From Nitrospirales bacterium (GTDB lineage Bacteria; Nitrospirota; Nitrospiria; Nitrospirales; UBA8639), in assembly GCA_965203295.1 (NCBI GenBank), contig CBDBCZ010000019.1:2688001-2752000 (forward strand): a DNA stretch of 64,000 bases, in the 5' to 3' direction. Under the pieces are notes generated by a model. It did no database searches, was not told the DNA's origin, and saw nothing but the letters and a program-made list of their open reading frames with translations. A program made the translations under genes and the position numbers. Positions 30,438-40,700 of the stretch are shown here, piece by piece. Numbering within the stretch: position 1 is the stretch's first letter; each line of letters begins with the position of its first letter.

Positions 30438-31178
30438 TCAGTTCCGGTTCAATTGGATGAGCGTCCCTCGTGAAGACCCTCCCTGGCCCCAATCATCCTG
30501 TTCAAACATCAAGCAACACTTTAATCGACCGCACACACCAATCCGATGACTATCTGAGGCCCAGGCCCCCTCAATCCTGGAGAACCTTTGGTTAACCGGC
30601 TTAAAATCCGTGAGAAAGCTCGCACAACAGAGCACGAGACCGCACGTATCAACGCCACTAATACAGCGAGCTTCTTCTCGGCTAGAAATTTGTTGCATTT
30701 CAATTCGGCAACTAAAGTGCCGAGCCAGGTCTTTGACCAGTTGGCGGAAATCAATTCGACCATCCGCCGTATAAGAAAAGGTTAAGACCCGACGCTCAAA
30801 AGCTCCATACACTTCAACAAGTTTCATGCGAAGCCCTAAGGCCAACGCGCGCTCCCGGCAGTAATCCATGCCTTCCTTCGCGAGACGCTTTTGGTTCGAT
30901 ATTGACATAGTATCTTCGTCGGTGGCTTTACGTAATATTCTTTTCATCACGCGCATCGGTGGAATAAATGGCAAGACTTGAGGATGGATCACAACGAGAC
31001 CATAGGTGAGATCCTCATCAAGTTGAAGAATGACATGATCACCGACCTGCAAGGACGATATAGTGGTCCGGGCTTTCTTCGTTTCTCCTAATTCTCGAAC
31101 TCTTACCCCGACAACAGTGACCGTTTCCGGGAAAGGAGATTCTCCTTCTACATCTGGGGAAATTTCTCGCTCATCCAT
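30438..31178 (-). CDS. ricT: PSP1/RicT (YaaT)-family iron-sulfur protein
   Basis: YTADGRIDFRQLVKDLA, RIEM.QI..REEA, CG..LCC, CGRLKCCL. Confidence 0.88.
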   Translation of the reverse strand: MDEREISPDVEGESPFPETVTVVGVRVRELGETKKARTTISSLQVGDHVILQLDEDLTYGLVVIHPQVLPFIPPMRVMKRILRKATDEDTMSISNQKRLAKEGMDYCRERALALGLRMKLVEVYGAFERRVLTFSYTADGRIDFRQLVKDLARHFSCRIEMQQISSREEARCISGVDTCGLVLCCASFLTDFKPVNQRFSRIEGAWASDSHRIGVCGRLKCCLMFEQDDWGQGGSSRGTLIQLNRN

Positions 31179-31284
31179 GGTACGTACTGGCTCTCATTCT
31201 AGAGGATGGTACTCAGTCCTAACATAACCTGGCTCAAAGGGGCAAGAATCCTACTCATGAGTCCACTCATTCAACACAATCCAA

Positions 31285-32907
31285 TCAGGAACTCCCAGTA
31301 CGAAGAAACGGAGGTACAGGATGATCCAATTGGTACAAACTCATGGGAGCGAAATCACTTTGAGATCCGACGACTTCGAATTTCCCTTCAGCGTGACCCC
31401 GGAAAATATCGAGTGCTCGACTATAGTGGTAGTGACACCCTAACGGACGGAGTGCATCTCCTAAGGATGCCGGTGGTTCCCAATGCGCCGTGAGCAGAGC
31501 GGTCCGCGCAGGGTTTCTCTCGCTAAACATAAACGAGAGATGATCCGGGTACCAGTCAGCCCCTCCGGTGGCATAAGACACAAAAAGCCGGGCCTGGGCT
31601 TGCGTGACCAATTCTGTGTGGTAACGATTAGTCAAAAAGCCGTTTTCACCCACGTCAAACCATTTTCCTGGAGGGGAGAGGCTTGCATGCGCCGCGTAGG
31701 TCCGAATCTCGTAGAGTTGCTGTTGAGAGGCAAAGAGAACGGAGATTGGTCCGTACCGTTCAACTAACCCTGCTATCACGGCATCTTTCACAGCGGATTT
31801 CCCGTCATTCGTAGGTCCGCTATCAGCGTGAACGAGAACGTTCTGCCCTCGATCAACGATTAAATAGCAATTGCGAGGGAGCTCAAGATCACACGGGTCT
31901 TCTCCATAGAATGGTACGGATACTACTTCACTTCCTTCAAATTTCCAACTTTCCCCATGAGCCAATTCCACCACATTTGTAAAACCCAATTCACGAAGTA
32001 ATGATACATAATCGTAATACCACATTCGTCGATTTTTCTGACTAGGCACGAAAATCGGGACATTCTTGGGAAGGTGAAACAACGTGCGAGGATCAACATG
32101 GTCATCATGGTCATGGGTTAAAAACACAGCAGCAGGCGTTGGGAGGAGATTGGTCCACAATGACGGCACTGGAGACTCTGTAAACCAAGGCATGAGCCAA
32201 GGATCAAACCAGAGAAATTTGTGTTGAGTCCTATACAGTAATGCCGCATGTCCGAGATGGATGACATCGCGGTCTTGGGTCAATTGAGTCCAGTGAGCTT
32301 GAATCGAAGAGGAATCACTTAGAGCGAGACATTCATGGGTATAGAGAAGTTCGATGAATCGGGTCAACTGACGTTCTACGTCTCGTCCAGAGGCCGTGGC
32401 AATCGTGCGAACTTCAGAAACCATATGGGAGCCGTTTAAATAGCCCATCAACTTTCCCACGAGAGGTGCAATTGGGCGATCAAAGGCAAATGGAACAGCA
32501 GAACGTTTCGCCGCATTAAAAATTCTCACCCCCGCATAGGTCATGGAAGCTGATTTATTTCGGTCCTTTGGGAATTCCCATCGAAAAGTCCCATCCGAAT
32601 TCCGTCCACATTGAATATGCGACTGTAACCGAGGGCGAGACTGAACCACTTCCGCATACGCGTCTTCTATCCTTCCCGCAATTGATGGATCATCAAGGGA
32701 CGTTCGACGGGAAAAGACGTCACTGATGGCCGTCTCAATTGAACTGAGGAGGATTTCGTGAACTTCATGGAGACTGGCTAGAACCTCAGGATCGACTCCA
32801 CCAATAAAAGGAAAAGGACCAGGCGGCTCCGAACTCTCTAATTGGACCCACACCCAAGGCTGAAGACCAATATATTGATTGATTCCTAGCTTGTCCCAAA
32901 TAGTCAA
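31285..32907 (-). CDS. Metallo-beta-lactamase-fold protein resembling CmlA-type diiron beta-hydroxylases
   Basis: HLGHA, DPW, THDHDDH, PFYGED, HADS and YATGG after a ~210-aa N-terminal domain. Confidence 0.75.
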   Translation of the reverse strand: MTIWDKLGINQYIGLQPWVWVQLESSEPPGPFPFIGGVDPEVLASLHEVHEILLSSIETAISDVFSRRTSLDDPSIAGRIEDAYAEVVQSRPRLQSHIQCGRNSDGTFRWEFPKDRNKSASMTYAGVRIFNAAKRSAVPFAFDRPIAPLVGKLMGYLNGSHMVSEVRTIATASGRDVERQLTRFIELLYTHECLALSDSSSIQAHWTQLTQDRDVIHLGHAALLYRTQHKFLWFDPWLMPWFTESPVPSLWTNLLPTPAAVFLTHDHDDHVDPRTLFHLPKNVPIFVPSQKNRRMWYYDYVSLLRELGFTNVVELAHGESWKFEGSEVVSVPFYGEDPCDLELPRNCYLIVDRGQNVLVHADSGPTNDGKSAVKDAVIAGLVERYGPISVLFASQQQLYEIRTYAAHASLSPPGKWFDVGENGFLTNRYHTELVTQAQARLFVSYATGGADWYPDHLSFMFSERNPARTALLTAHWEPPASLGDALRPLGCHYHYSRALDIFRGHAEGKFEVVGSQSDFAPMSLYQLDHPVPPFLRTGSS

Positions 32908-32966
32908 ATCTTTACTCCTTGGATAACCGCAGGAAATACTTCCCCCAGCTCCAGTCGACGTTCTTT

Positions 32967-33413
32967 TTAGGAGTGTTCCATGAGCTTCAGGGAACTCACA
33001 GTCGGTTCGTACAATATCTGAATCGTCACGCGATCGAGATCCGCCAAATAAAATGAGTAACTGCCATCTCGGTGAAGCTTTGGTGGTTGGACAATCGTGA
33101 CACCATGCCCTACAACCTTTTGATAGAAATGATCCACACTGCTTGTCGAATCCACAATGAACCCAAAATGATCAAGGAATTGCCCGTGATCCGGTTGGTA
33201 ATGCTTCAGTTCATGAGTTGGAATTTGGTGGAGAGCAAGGTTATCTATTCCAGAGCTTAGATAGACATTATCTTCATCGGGTTGCCATACCACTTTCATA
33301 TTAAACAGGGTTTGATAGAACCTCTGCGACTCGGCCAAATTGGTCACTTTCAAGGCCAAATGTCGAAGCCCCCCGAAGCATCCCGGGATTGTCTGATCGC
33401 AGGATTCCATCAA
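32967..33413 (-). CDS. VOC/glyoxalase-family protein
   Basis: LRHLALKV.NL..S.RFY, LDHFGF, HRDGSYSFY..D.D. Confidence 0.88.
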   Translation of the reverse strand: MMESCDQTIPGCFGGLRHLALKVTNLAESQRFYQTLFNMKVVWQPDEDNVYLSSGIDNLALHQIPTHELKHYQPDHGQFLDHFGFIVDSTSSVDHFYQKVVGHGVTIVQPPKLHRDGSYSFYLADLDRVTIQILYEPTVSSLKLMEHS

Positions 33414-33692
33414 GACACTGTTAAACTGGTTTGGTGATAAGCCTTTCGAGACAACTCATTGGTGAACGCCATTATCATAACGTTGCACATCTTAAGGGAC
33501 AACCCTCCGTTTTGACACATCATGAACTTCCACAATGAACCATCAATCTCGGAAACCTTACAGCATGGCTTAAATTTCTCTTGTTCTTTTTTGGCTATGT
33601 GATACCTTAACGTGGGAAACGGTTCTTCTCCTTAAAAGAACAATCTTCTTATGTCACTTCTGAGTCGGATATACAGGTAACGTCATCGTCTT

Positions 33693-34553
33693 ATGATTGA
33701 ACCATCTGAAAAAAAAGGATTTAACGGTCTCAAGGTCGCGGCTTTCGAAAGCCGAATGGGACTTGAAATGACACGCCTTATTTCTCGGTATGGTGGAAAC
33801 CCTTTAGTGGCTCCTGCCCTACAAGAAATCCCTTTGGAAAATAACGTTCAAGCTCTGTCCTTCGGGGAACGTGTGTTAGCTCAGAAAGTAGACCTACTCA
33901 TTTTATTAACGGGGGTCGGGACACGGTTCATGTTCGATATCTGGAAGACTCGTTTCCCGTTATCATCCATTATTCAGGCTCTTTCAAAGACACCTTTGGT
34001 CGCTCGGGGTCCCAAACCAATTGCCGTATTGAAAGAGGTGGGATTAACCCCTCAATTGGTCGTTTCAGAACCTAACACATGGCAGGATATACTCACCACC
34101 CTTGACGAACATATGCCCAATGGTCTTAAGGGACTACAAGTTGGGGTTCAGGAATATGGTGTCTCAAACACCGACTTCTTAGACGGCTTGAAAAACCGCG
34201 GTGCCATCATTACTCCCATTCCCATTTATCGATGGGAGCTTCCACAAGACCTTGGTCCTTTGAAAAAAGTTTTACACGCTATTGTGAACAACCAGGTGGA
34301 CTGTCTCTTAATTACTAATGCCGCTCAAGTGGATCATATTGTGAAAGTTTTGGAACAAGAGGGGCAAGTGAACCAGTTTCGTCAAGCCCTCGACCAAATC
34401 ATCGTGGTATCAATAGGACAAATTACCACTGAGCGGTTGAAACATCATCGGCTTCCCGTGGATTTTGAACCTTCGCATTCTAAAATAGGGGTCATGGTGA
34501 AAGAAGCCAGTGAACAAGCCTCAGCACTACTTCGCCGCAAACATCAACCCTAG
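33693..34553 (+). CDS. hemD: Uroporphyrinogen-III synthase
   Basis: FESR, LLTGVG, ARGPKP, VQEYG, IYRW, TNAAQV, SIG..T. Confidence 0.88.
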   Translation: MIEPSEKKGFNGLKVAAFESRMGLEMTRLISRYGGNPLVAPALQEIPLENNVQALSFGERVLAQKVDLLILLTGVGTRFMFDIWKTRFPLSSIIQALSKTPLVARGPKPIAVLKEVGLTPQLVVSEPNTWQDILTTLDEHMPNGLKGLQVGVQEYGVSNTDFLDGLKNRGAIITPIPIYRWELPQDLGPLKKVLHAIVNNQVDCLLITNAAQVDHIVKVLEQEGQVNQFRQALDQIIVVSIGQITTERLKHHRLPVDFEPSHSKIGVMVKEASEQASALLRRKHQP

Positions 34554-34663
34554 AGTTTATCGGTTTACCTAATATTTCCTGTCTTGTCCCCCTCCAAGAA
34601 CTTTTCGGCGGACCATGAATCTATCGTTTCTCCTACCTCCTCATTATCTTGATTATGCTCAAC

Positions 34664-34885
34664 CTACAATCTCACCAAGACCGTCCCTGACAAAATGACC
34701 ACGAGCCCAAAAAAGAGGGCAGTTCGAGCTACCCAGGGTGACACAGCAACGAGTTGTCGTTGGGTCTCGGTCATGGCAGAGGTAGCCATCTGTTTAATTT
34801 GTACGACTCGTGGACCAATTATCAGGTCATGGACTACAGTTAACCCAATGAGAAAGCCAACCGAAATGAGCTTGATAAACAGCAC
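34664..34885 (-). pseudogene. C-terminal remnant of a DUF4149/CopD-like membrane protein
   Basis: L.IKL..V....T.VHDLIIGPR followed by a final TM helix; no coding continuation upstream. Confidence 0.6.
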
Positions 34886-35063
34886 CGTAGGCCGTGTTTC
34901 AAAGGTGGTCTACGATTATGATCAATTGTTCTTATGGGACTCTCGGACTACCGTAAGGTCCCAGCAAGAAGACTATTGAATGAGGAGGAGAGCTCTGAGT
35001 TGATTCCTATCCTTCAGTCAGATTCATCCAAAAAATCTTTGAAAGATAGTAGGAAAGAAGCAA

Positions 35064-35800
35064 TTAAGAGAGGAGTTTGAGATGCGGGGATTGCCCGGCA
35101 GCCCGTCCTAGCTGCTCAGGCCTAAGAATGGTAATGGCATGACCATCTAATTTAATAATCTGATCGGCTTGAAGAGAATGAAGGAGTCGCACTGCGGTTT
35201 CAACCGTCATGGCCGCCATCTGGGCCAACTCCTCGCGCTTAAGGTGAAGCGAGATTCGTGAGCCTTGAGTCGTCGTCTCACTATACCGATCAGCCAATTC
35301 CAACAAAAGGGGGGCCATTCGCTCACGCGCTAAGGAAAACGCGAATTGGTCTGTCTCATCAAAAGAAAGGCTTCCCTCATGACTCAAGAGCTGAATGACC
35401 TTAAAGGCTAATTCACCATTTTTTTCGAGGAAAGCCAGTACCTTGTGCGATCGATGACGCAAATTTGAGAAGGCTCCACTGCTTCACAGGTCATTTGATG
35501 CAAGGCCCCTTCTTGAAAAATGTGCTTCTCAATCAGTTGGCCTAGATCCACAATCTTTATAACTCGACGTTGACCCTTAATCGTTCACCGAGTCAGTTTC
35601 ACTCGACCTGCGCCTAAGATATAAAGCCCTAACGCCGCGTGACCTTCATAGAACACGAACTGGCCTGGTTGGTAGATCACAGTCCGCTTTATTTTTTCAA
35701 AATCTACGGCCTCTGACCCTCCTTCACCACAAAGATCCTCTACAGCTCGATTTGGGCAGACTTCACAGTTAGTATGAGGAAGAGAAGAAAGACGATTCAT
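35064..35800 (-). pseudogene. Crp/Fnr-family regulator with N-terminal cysteines
   Basis: CEVCPNR..LC, VFYEGH, GRVKL, and HTH REELAQMAAMTVETAVRLL; in-frame TGA at 35585 and a frameshift near 35440. Confidence 0.88.
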
Positions 35801-35897
35801 ATCTCTTGTTTAGCTCACTCCAAAATCAGACATGAGAGTAATGTGTCTCCCTTAACTTACCTTAAGGACGAATAATTCCAATGCCCTAGGTGAGAAG

Positions 35898-36506
35898 TTA
35901 TTCTCCCTCTTTAAGAGGAAGCGGAAATGAGATAATAATCCCTCCCATCACATCTCCGAGCTTGTAATCACGCTTGGAACTCAAAATGTGGCCATTGTGG
36001 CAGTTAACACATTCTTTGGAAACTGCCAAATCGGCATAGACCGCTTTGAAAAACTTTTGGTCACCCCTTTTGATGACCCCACTATAGACCTCAGTAGGGT
36101 CTTCGGCCACCACCTTTAATCCGGTCTCCTCAAACACCGTGCTTGGCCCATTTTCTTCATAGATAGGATAGAGACTTGCCAGACGATAGCGGAGACCTGT
36201 CCCCCCCATTTCTACGGTACGTCCAGCCATCAACAACATCTGAGCGGGCAGTGGAAGGGCCTTCCGTTGTTTCCAAGCTTCTGCAGCTGCAGCGATCACA
36301 ATTCTATTTTCATGCATGCGCTCGACAACATGTGTGGTGTATATAGCCCGGTCCGCCGCAATAACAGCATGGATATAATCCGCCACGATCTCTGGCGAAA
36401 ATCCAACCCCCTCTTCCCCTTCCTCCGCTCCGATGGAAATTCCCACACATCCTATGATGACCAGGATAGAAGCGACTATTCCTAACATGAGACCTGTTTT
36501 ACTCAT
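35898..36506 (-). CDS. DUF3365 (Tll0287-like) c-type heme protein, exported
   Basis: Signal/TM segment, LPLPAQML, CVNCH, YKLGDVMGG; GGAGG RBS before ATG 36506. Confidence 0.85.
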   Translation of the reverse strand: MSKTGLMLGIVASILVIIGCVGISIGAEEGEEGVGFSPEIVADYIHAVIAADRAIYTTHVVERMHENRIVIAAAAEAWKQRKALPLPAQMLLMAGRTVEMGGTGLRYRLASLYPIYEENGPSTVFEETGLKVVAEDPTEVYSGVIKRGDQKFFKAVYADLAVSKECVNCHNGHILSSKRDYKLGDVMGGIIISFPLPLKEGE

Positions 36507-36719
36507 AGCAACCCTCCTTTCATCCATCTAAGGTTTCGGAAGATGAGTATTTCAGGCGGCAAAACAGTTTGAAAGCCACGTTTTCGAGAACAATCTGTAA
36601 TGTGAGTGTCATCACCCACCCTTTTCAATGGGACAATGTTGTGAACAATTATCCCTCAGTTCCAGCAATAAATCCAGCTGGATTTTCTGCATGGAAAGAG
36701 TCCTCTCTACCCAATCCTG

Positions 36720-37634
36720 TTATGGTTTCTGAACCCTAATCGAAGGGACAATCTCCACGCCTTCGCCCAAGAGTTCAAGCCCGAACCGTGGGTTTTTCTC
36801 TATTTCATGGGCGCTCCGTCGTCCCTTTGGAGACTGGTACACAAAATGTGCCGCAACGGAAAGGTTAGCTTTCACCGTCACTTTCTGTTCCAAAAATTTA
36901 TTCATACCAGGGTGCCAAGCGGCAATTTTATATTCTCCAGGTGGAACATTCGTGATTTCAAATATTCCATCCTCTTTGGTAATCGCAAAATAGGGATTCT
37001 TGACCACCAATCCCCACGAAAACATGTAAGGATGAAACCCGCATTGCATGACAAAAATATTCCGTCCTTTTCGTAAATGAATTTTTTCTACCATGGGTTT
37101 ACCGGCCATGTATTTTTTACCAAAAACTCCGGCCAGCTCCAGAAACGGATTCATGGGCAACGGCCGGTTAAACAATATCCTTGCCCCACGTTCCCGAGCG
37201 GTCTCGTATCCCTGAATATCATGTTCCACAGGGTCCATATTCACCACCTCGATTTCATCCCTGTCTCTTAAGACATTGACGAATGGAATAAAATCACAGT
37301 CTTTGGATTCAATCCGAACCCTCGGCATGGTAAACGTTTTCCCTTTGGTCACATTTTTCAGCATGACCACCACATCTTTTAAACTTTTATCTGGGCCAAT
37401 AATAAAATCCTCCACAAGCCGCCACCCAGTGCCTGTGGAAATAGTCCCACAAAAGACTGGATCAGGAATGGTTACCAGGTTAAAAGCCATTGGCCTGGGT
37501 TTCCCCCCTTCCAATGTGACCTTTCCGTGGATCGTGCCCCCATTGGTCACAGTAATTTCTTGATAAGCCCACACGGACTGATCAAACAGGCCAATATTCA
37601 ATCCTATCGCCATCAAAAAAACGAGGAGTTTCAT
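36720..37634 (-). CDS. Exported protein with cupredoxin-like and carboxypeptidase-regulatory-like domains
   Basis: Signal peptide, GGTI.GKV, N.DPVEH, CGFHPYM, NPYFAIT..DG.F.I.NVPPG.Y...AWH. Confidence 0.8.
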   Translation of the reverse strand: MKLLVFLMAIGLNIGLFDQSVWAYQEITVTNGGTIHGKVTLEGGKPRPMAFNLVTIPDPVFCGTISTGTGWRLVEDFIIGPDKSLKDVVVMLKNVTKGKTFTMPRVRIESKDCDFIPFVNVLRDRDEIEVVNMDPVEHDIQGYETARERGARILFNRPLPMNPFLELAGVFGKKYMAGKPMVEKIHLRKGRNIFVMQCGFHPYMFSWGLVVKNPYFAITKEDGIFEITNVPPGEYKIAAWHPGMNKFLEQKVTVKANLSVAAHFVYQSPKGRRSAHEIEKNPRFGLELLGEGVEIVPSIRVQKP

Positions 37635-37694
37635 CAATCCCTCCTTACCAAATGAATAGACCCCTTTCTGAATCCGGCATCTTACCAGAATTTC

Positions 37695-37731
37695 AAAAAA
37701 AACGGGGGAGCCTCACTGGGCTTCCTCGTTC
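37695..37731 (-). terminator. Possible intrinsic terminator after the multicopper oxidase
   Basis: Imperfect hairpin followed by a T7 run on the minus strand; two mismatches in that orientation. Confidence 0.35.
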
Positions 37732-37762
37732 AGAACAACCCGTTCTTTCAAATCCCCCTCGG

Positions 37763-40700
37763 TTATTTGAAAGACGCCGGAGTGGGTTTAATGGACTCAG
37801 GCTGATCCAGTTGGGCGGTCGCCCTTCCAACGGCCGCTCCTCCTAGAGATTGGATCCGGGAGTCGTTGGCGGGCAGCACCCGGAGTAGGCCCCACTGGCC
37901 TGACTGAGAATAATTGAGCCGTCCGTTGGACCATACATAATCAGCACTTCTCGCGTTCCGACCACCTGCCGAGGATACGAACACATCCACGCCCTCGGAA
38001 GCAGCAAATTCGACTGTACTGATCATGTCAGCTCCTTCCATGAATGGCTCAATGGGCCATTCATGATCCTCAATGGTGAACATGCTATTCTGTTCACTTG
38101 CCGCCCCAAACACATGCACCCGAACCGGATCGCCTGCATGGGCTTGAATGATCGGTGTCACCGGGTCCTGCGGATTATCCACTTCGCAGGGTTGGAACAT
38201 CCTGCCAAGCGAACACCCAGTTTCTTCCCAGTGCAAATAGGGTTCTGAGCGGTAGTTCACGCCAGTCAACCCAGCCACGTTTTGCACATAGGGCATGAAG
38301 GCTGTCCCCATGATGTTGTCTTCGTCCTGGAAGTACAAGGCGGCATCCCGGTAATTGGGCCGGTTCTCTTGACCTTGGACAGACCGATCAACAATGACAT
38401 CAGCCACCCAGCTATTCTTCAGAGAAATATCAGCCCCGGTCTTGGGATCCCGATATTGCGAACCCTTCGGACCAATGATGACACCGCCGAACAAACCGTT
38501 CCTCACGTTCATCGCGACATTCCCGAAATCCCACACCACCATTTGCATTTCTCCGTTGAAGGGATCTGCATAGTAGGTGTAGGTCCGGCTTTCCCCTGGA
38601 CCAACGGTCTGATCACCAGGGTTGTTCCCAAGATTCAACCCCAAGGAATCCTTAGGATCGAATGCCATCCCCATAGCCGAGAATGAGGCCCGGCTATTTT
38701 TCATCTTGTTCGTGAGTTTCACTTTCATGCAATCACCCACGTTGACTCGAAGGGTCAGCGGCATCGGTTGCGAGCCGCCAGCAACCCGCGCCAAATCTTG
38801 CTCCAAGACATAGATTTTAGCATCCGGATTTCGCAGCTCAATCTTGCGCTCAAAGTCTACTTCTATGGTTTCTGGCGCATTGGGATTAAAGCTCATTTGT
38901 GGGTAATCAATCGCCACAACATTGAACTTCTTGACTGGCGCATCACTTGGACAGACTGGAAGCGCTGCCGGTATTCCCTCTCCTCCAGTTGCCTGATTCG
39001 GCAATGGTTGAAGATCTCCCATAGGTTTGTCGTGGACCTGAATAATTCCCCACGATCCTTCCGAGAACTTGGAAAATCTTCCGTTGAACACTAAATAGTC
39101 CCCTGCCTGCCGACGAGGACCACCGGCATCCGGAAGGACCAAGTCATACCGCTCCGCGATACCAATATGGAGTGAATTTTTCCGATTGGCATCGGACGCG
39201 TACCGCTCAGACCAGAAGGTATGCCCCGAGAGCGTCATCACATTGCTCTCATTCATGGTGACATCCAACATCCGGAGAAACATCGTATCGCCCACTTAGG
39301 CCCGAAGCATCGGCGTAAACGGATCACCGTGCACCGCACTACTAAAGAGTTTCGAAGTATCCGGATTGTTCGACAACCGCTGGGCAAATGGCTCAGCCCG
39401 CCATTTGAAGGTGCCCCCCGTCGTATGCGTTCCTCCATTCAGGAAGGGCATTGGGGTCATTTTGATCTTTTTGGTTGGAGGCATGATGAAAGCCACGGTC
39501 TTTCCGGCTTCCAATGCCACTTCTATCGGCTGTCCAGGAGGATTCCCTGCCGTCACCACATTGACCGTATGAGGAACGGTATCCTGGATATGCAGCATAT
39601 ATTCCCGGAAACTCCCGGCTACATCATGACCAATCCGCTCCACTGCGTGAATGTCAGCCAGCGGTCCGGTGCGTTTTGGCGCTCCAGTCTTTGGATCATG
39701 CCAAGTTGACCCAAAGGGCTCGATGATAATCGTGCCTACCGCACCATGAGGCCAAGTGGTTCCACCAAAGGCATGATCGTGCCAGAACGTGGTTCCACAT
39801 CCACATCCGCCCAGAAACGTTGCCAGACGTATTCCACTGTCACGATCTCGCCGACAGCGTGGGCGTTCTTTAACGGATGGGTGAAGGTCAACGTTCCATT
39901 CCCGATCTTCGCGATCCTTTGAATTTCCCATTTCCCTACTTGATCCACACCGATCATGATTGGGATCCCCACATGATATTGCTTGGCATTGGAGATATGA
40001 ATGGTCTTATCCCCAGCACTGGCTGCCTTTGTCATCTTGGCATTCATCGGAACGGGCAGCCCCTTCTCTTTCTCCTTTTTAAATTGAACGAAGGGCCGCA
40101 TAGATTGTTCGTAAGACATCCCCGAAATCACACCGTCCGAGGCTTGGTTGTCAAACTGAATAAAATGGAAATGGGTATTGATTTTTGAGGATTGGAAGTT
40201 TGTCACATCATCATCCACCCATTCGCTGGTCAGGAGCCAATCCACGCAATCATAAATATTGGCCCGAAGAATGAGCGGGTATTTCAGATCGTTGTTCGCG
40301 CGAACGGCAGCTTCCTCTTCGTGCACGACATAGATCAAGCCATTCTCATCTACGATCGCCGGTTCACTCCCCTGGGCGTCTACTAGCGTGACCTCCGTTT
40401 CGATGAAATGCACATTGTATTTCGTCCGACGAGCTCGTTTCGGGCACAAACTCCATCGTCCGTTTTCACCAGGTTCTGCCATATACACGCTTGGCGTCCC
40501 ATCATCGTTCCGTCTGATGGGCTCAAGCCAAGAAGCTCCGTTGTGATCTTTCGAGAAGGGAACCCTTTTTCCGAAATGTGGAGTGACCCACGGCCAAGCG
40601 ACCTTCCCGGTTCTTGGCTCAAACCAAATAGCCCGCCGTTCCCCAGGTGTATACCCTTGCCACTCCGGCTGATACTTGGGGGTTTTCGCCAAAGTGGCTT

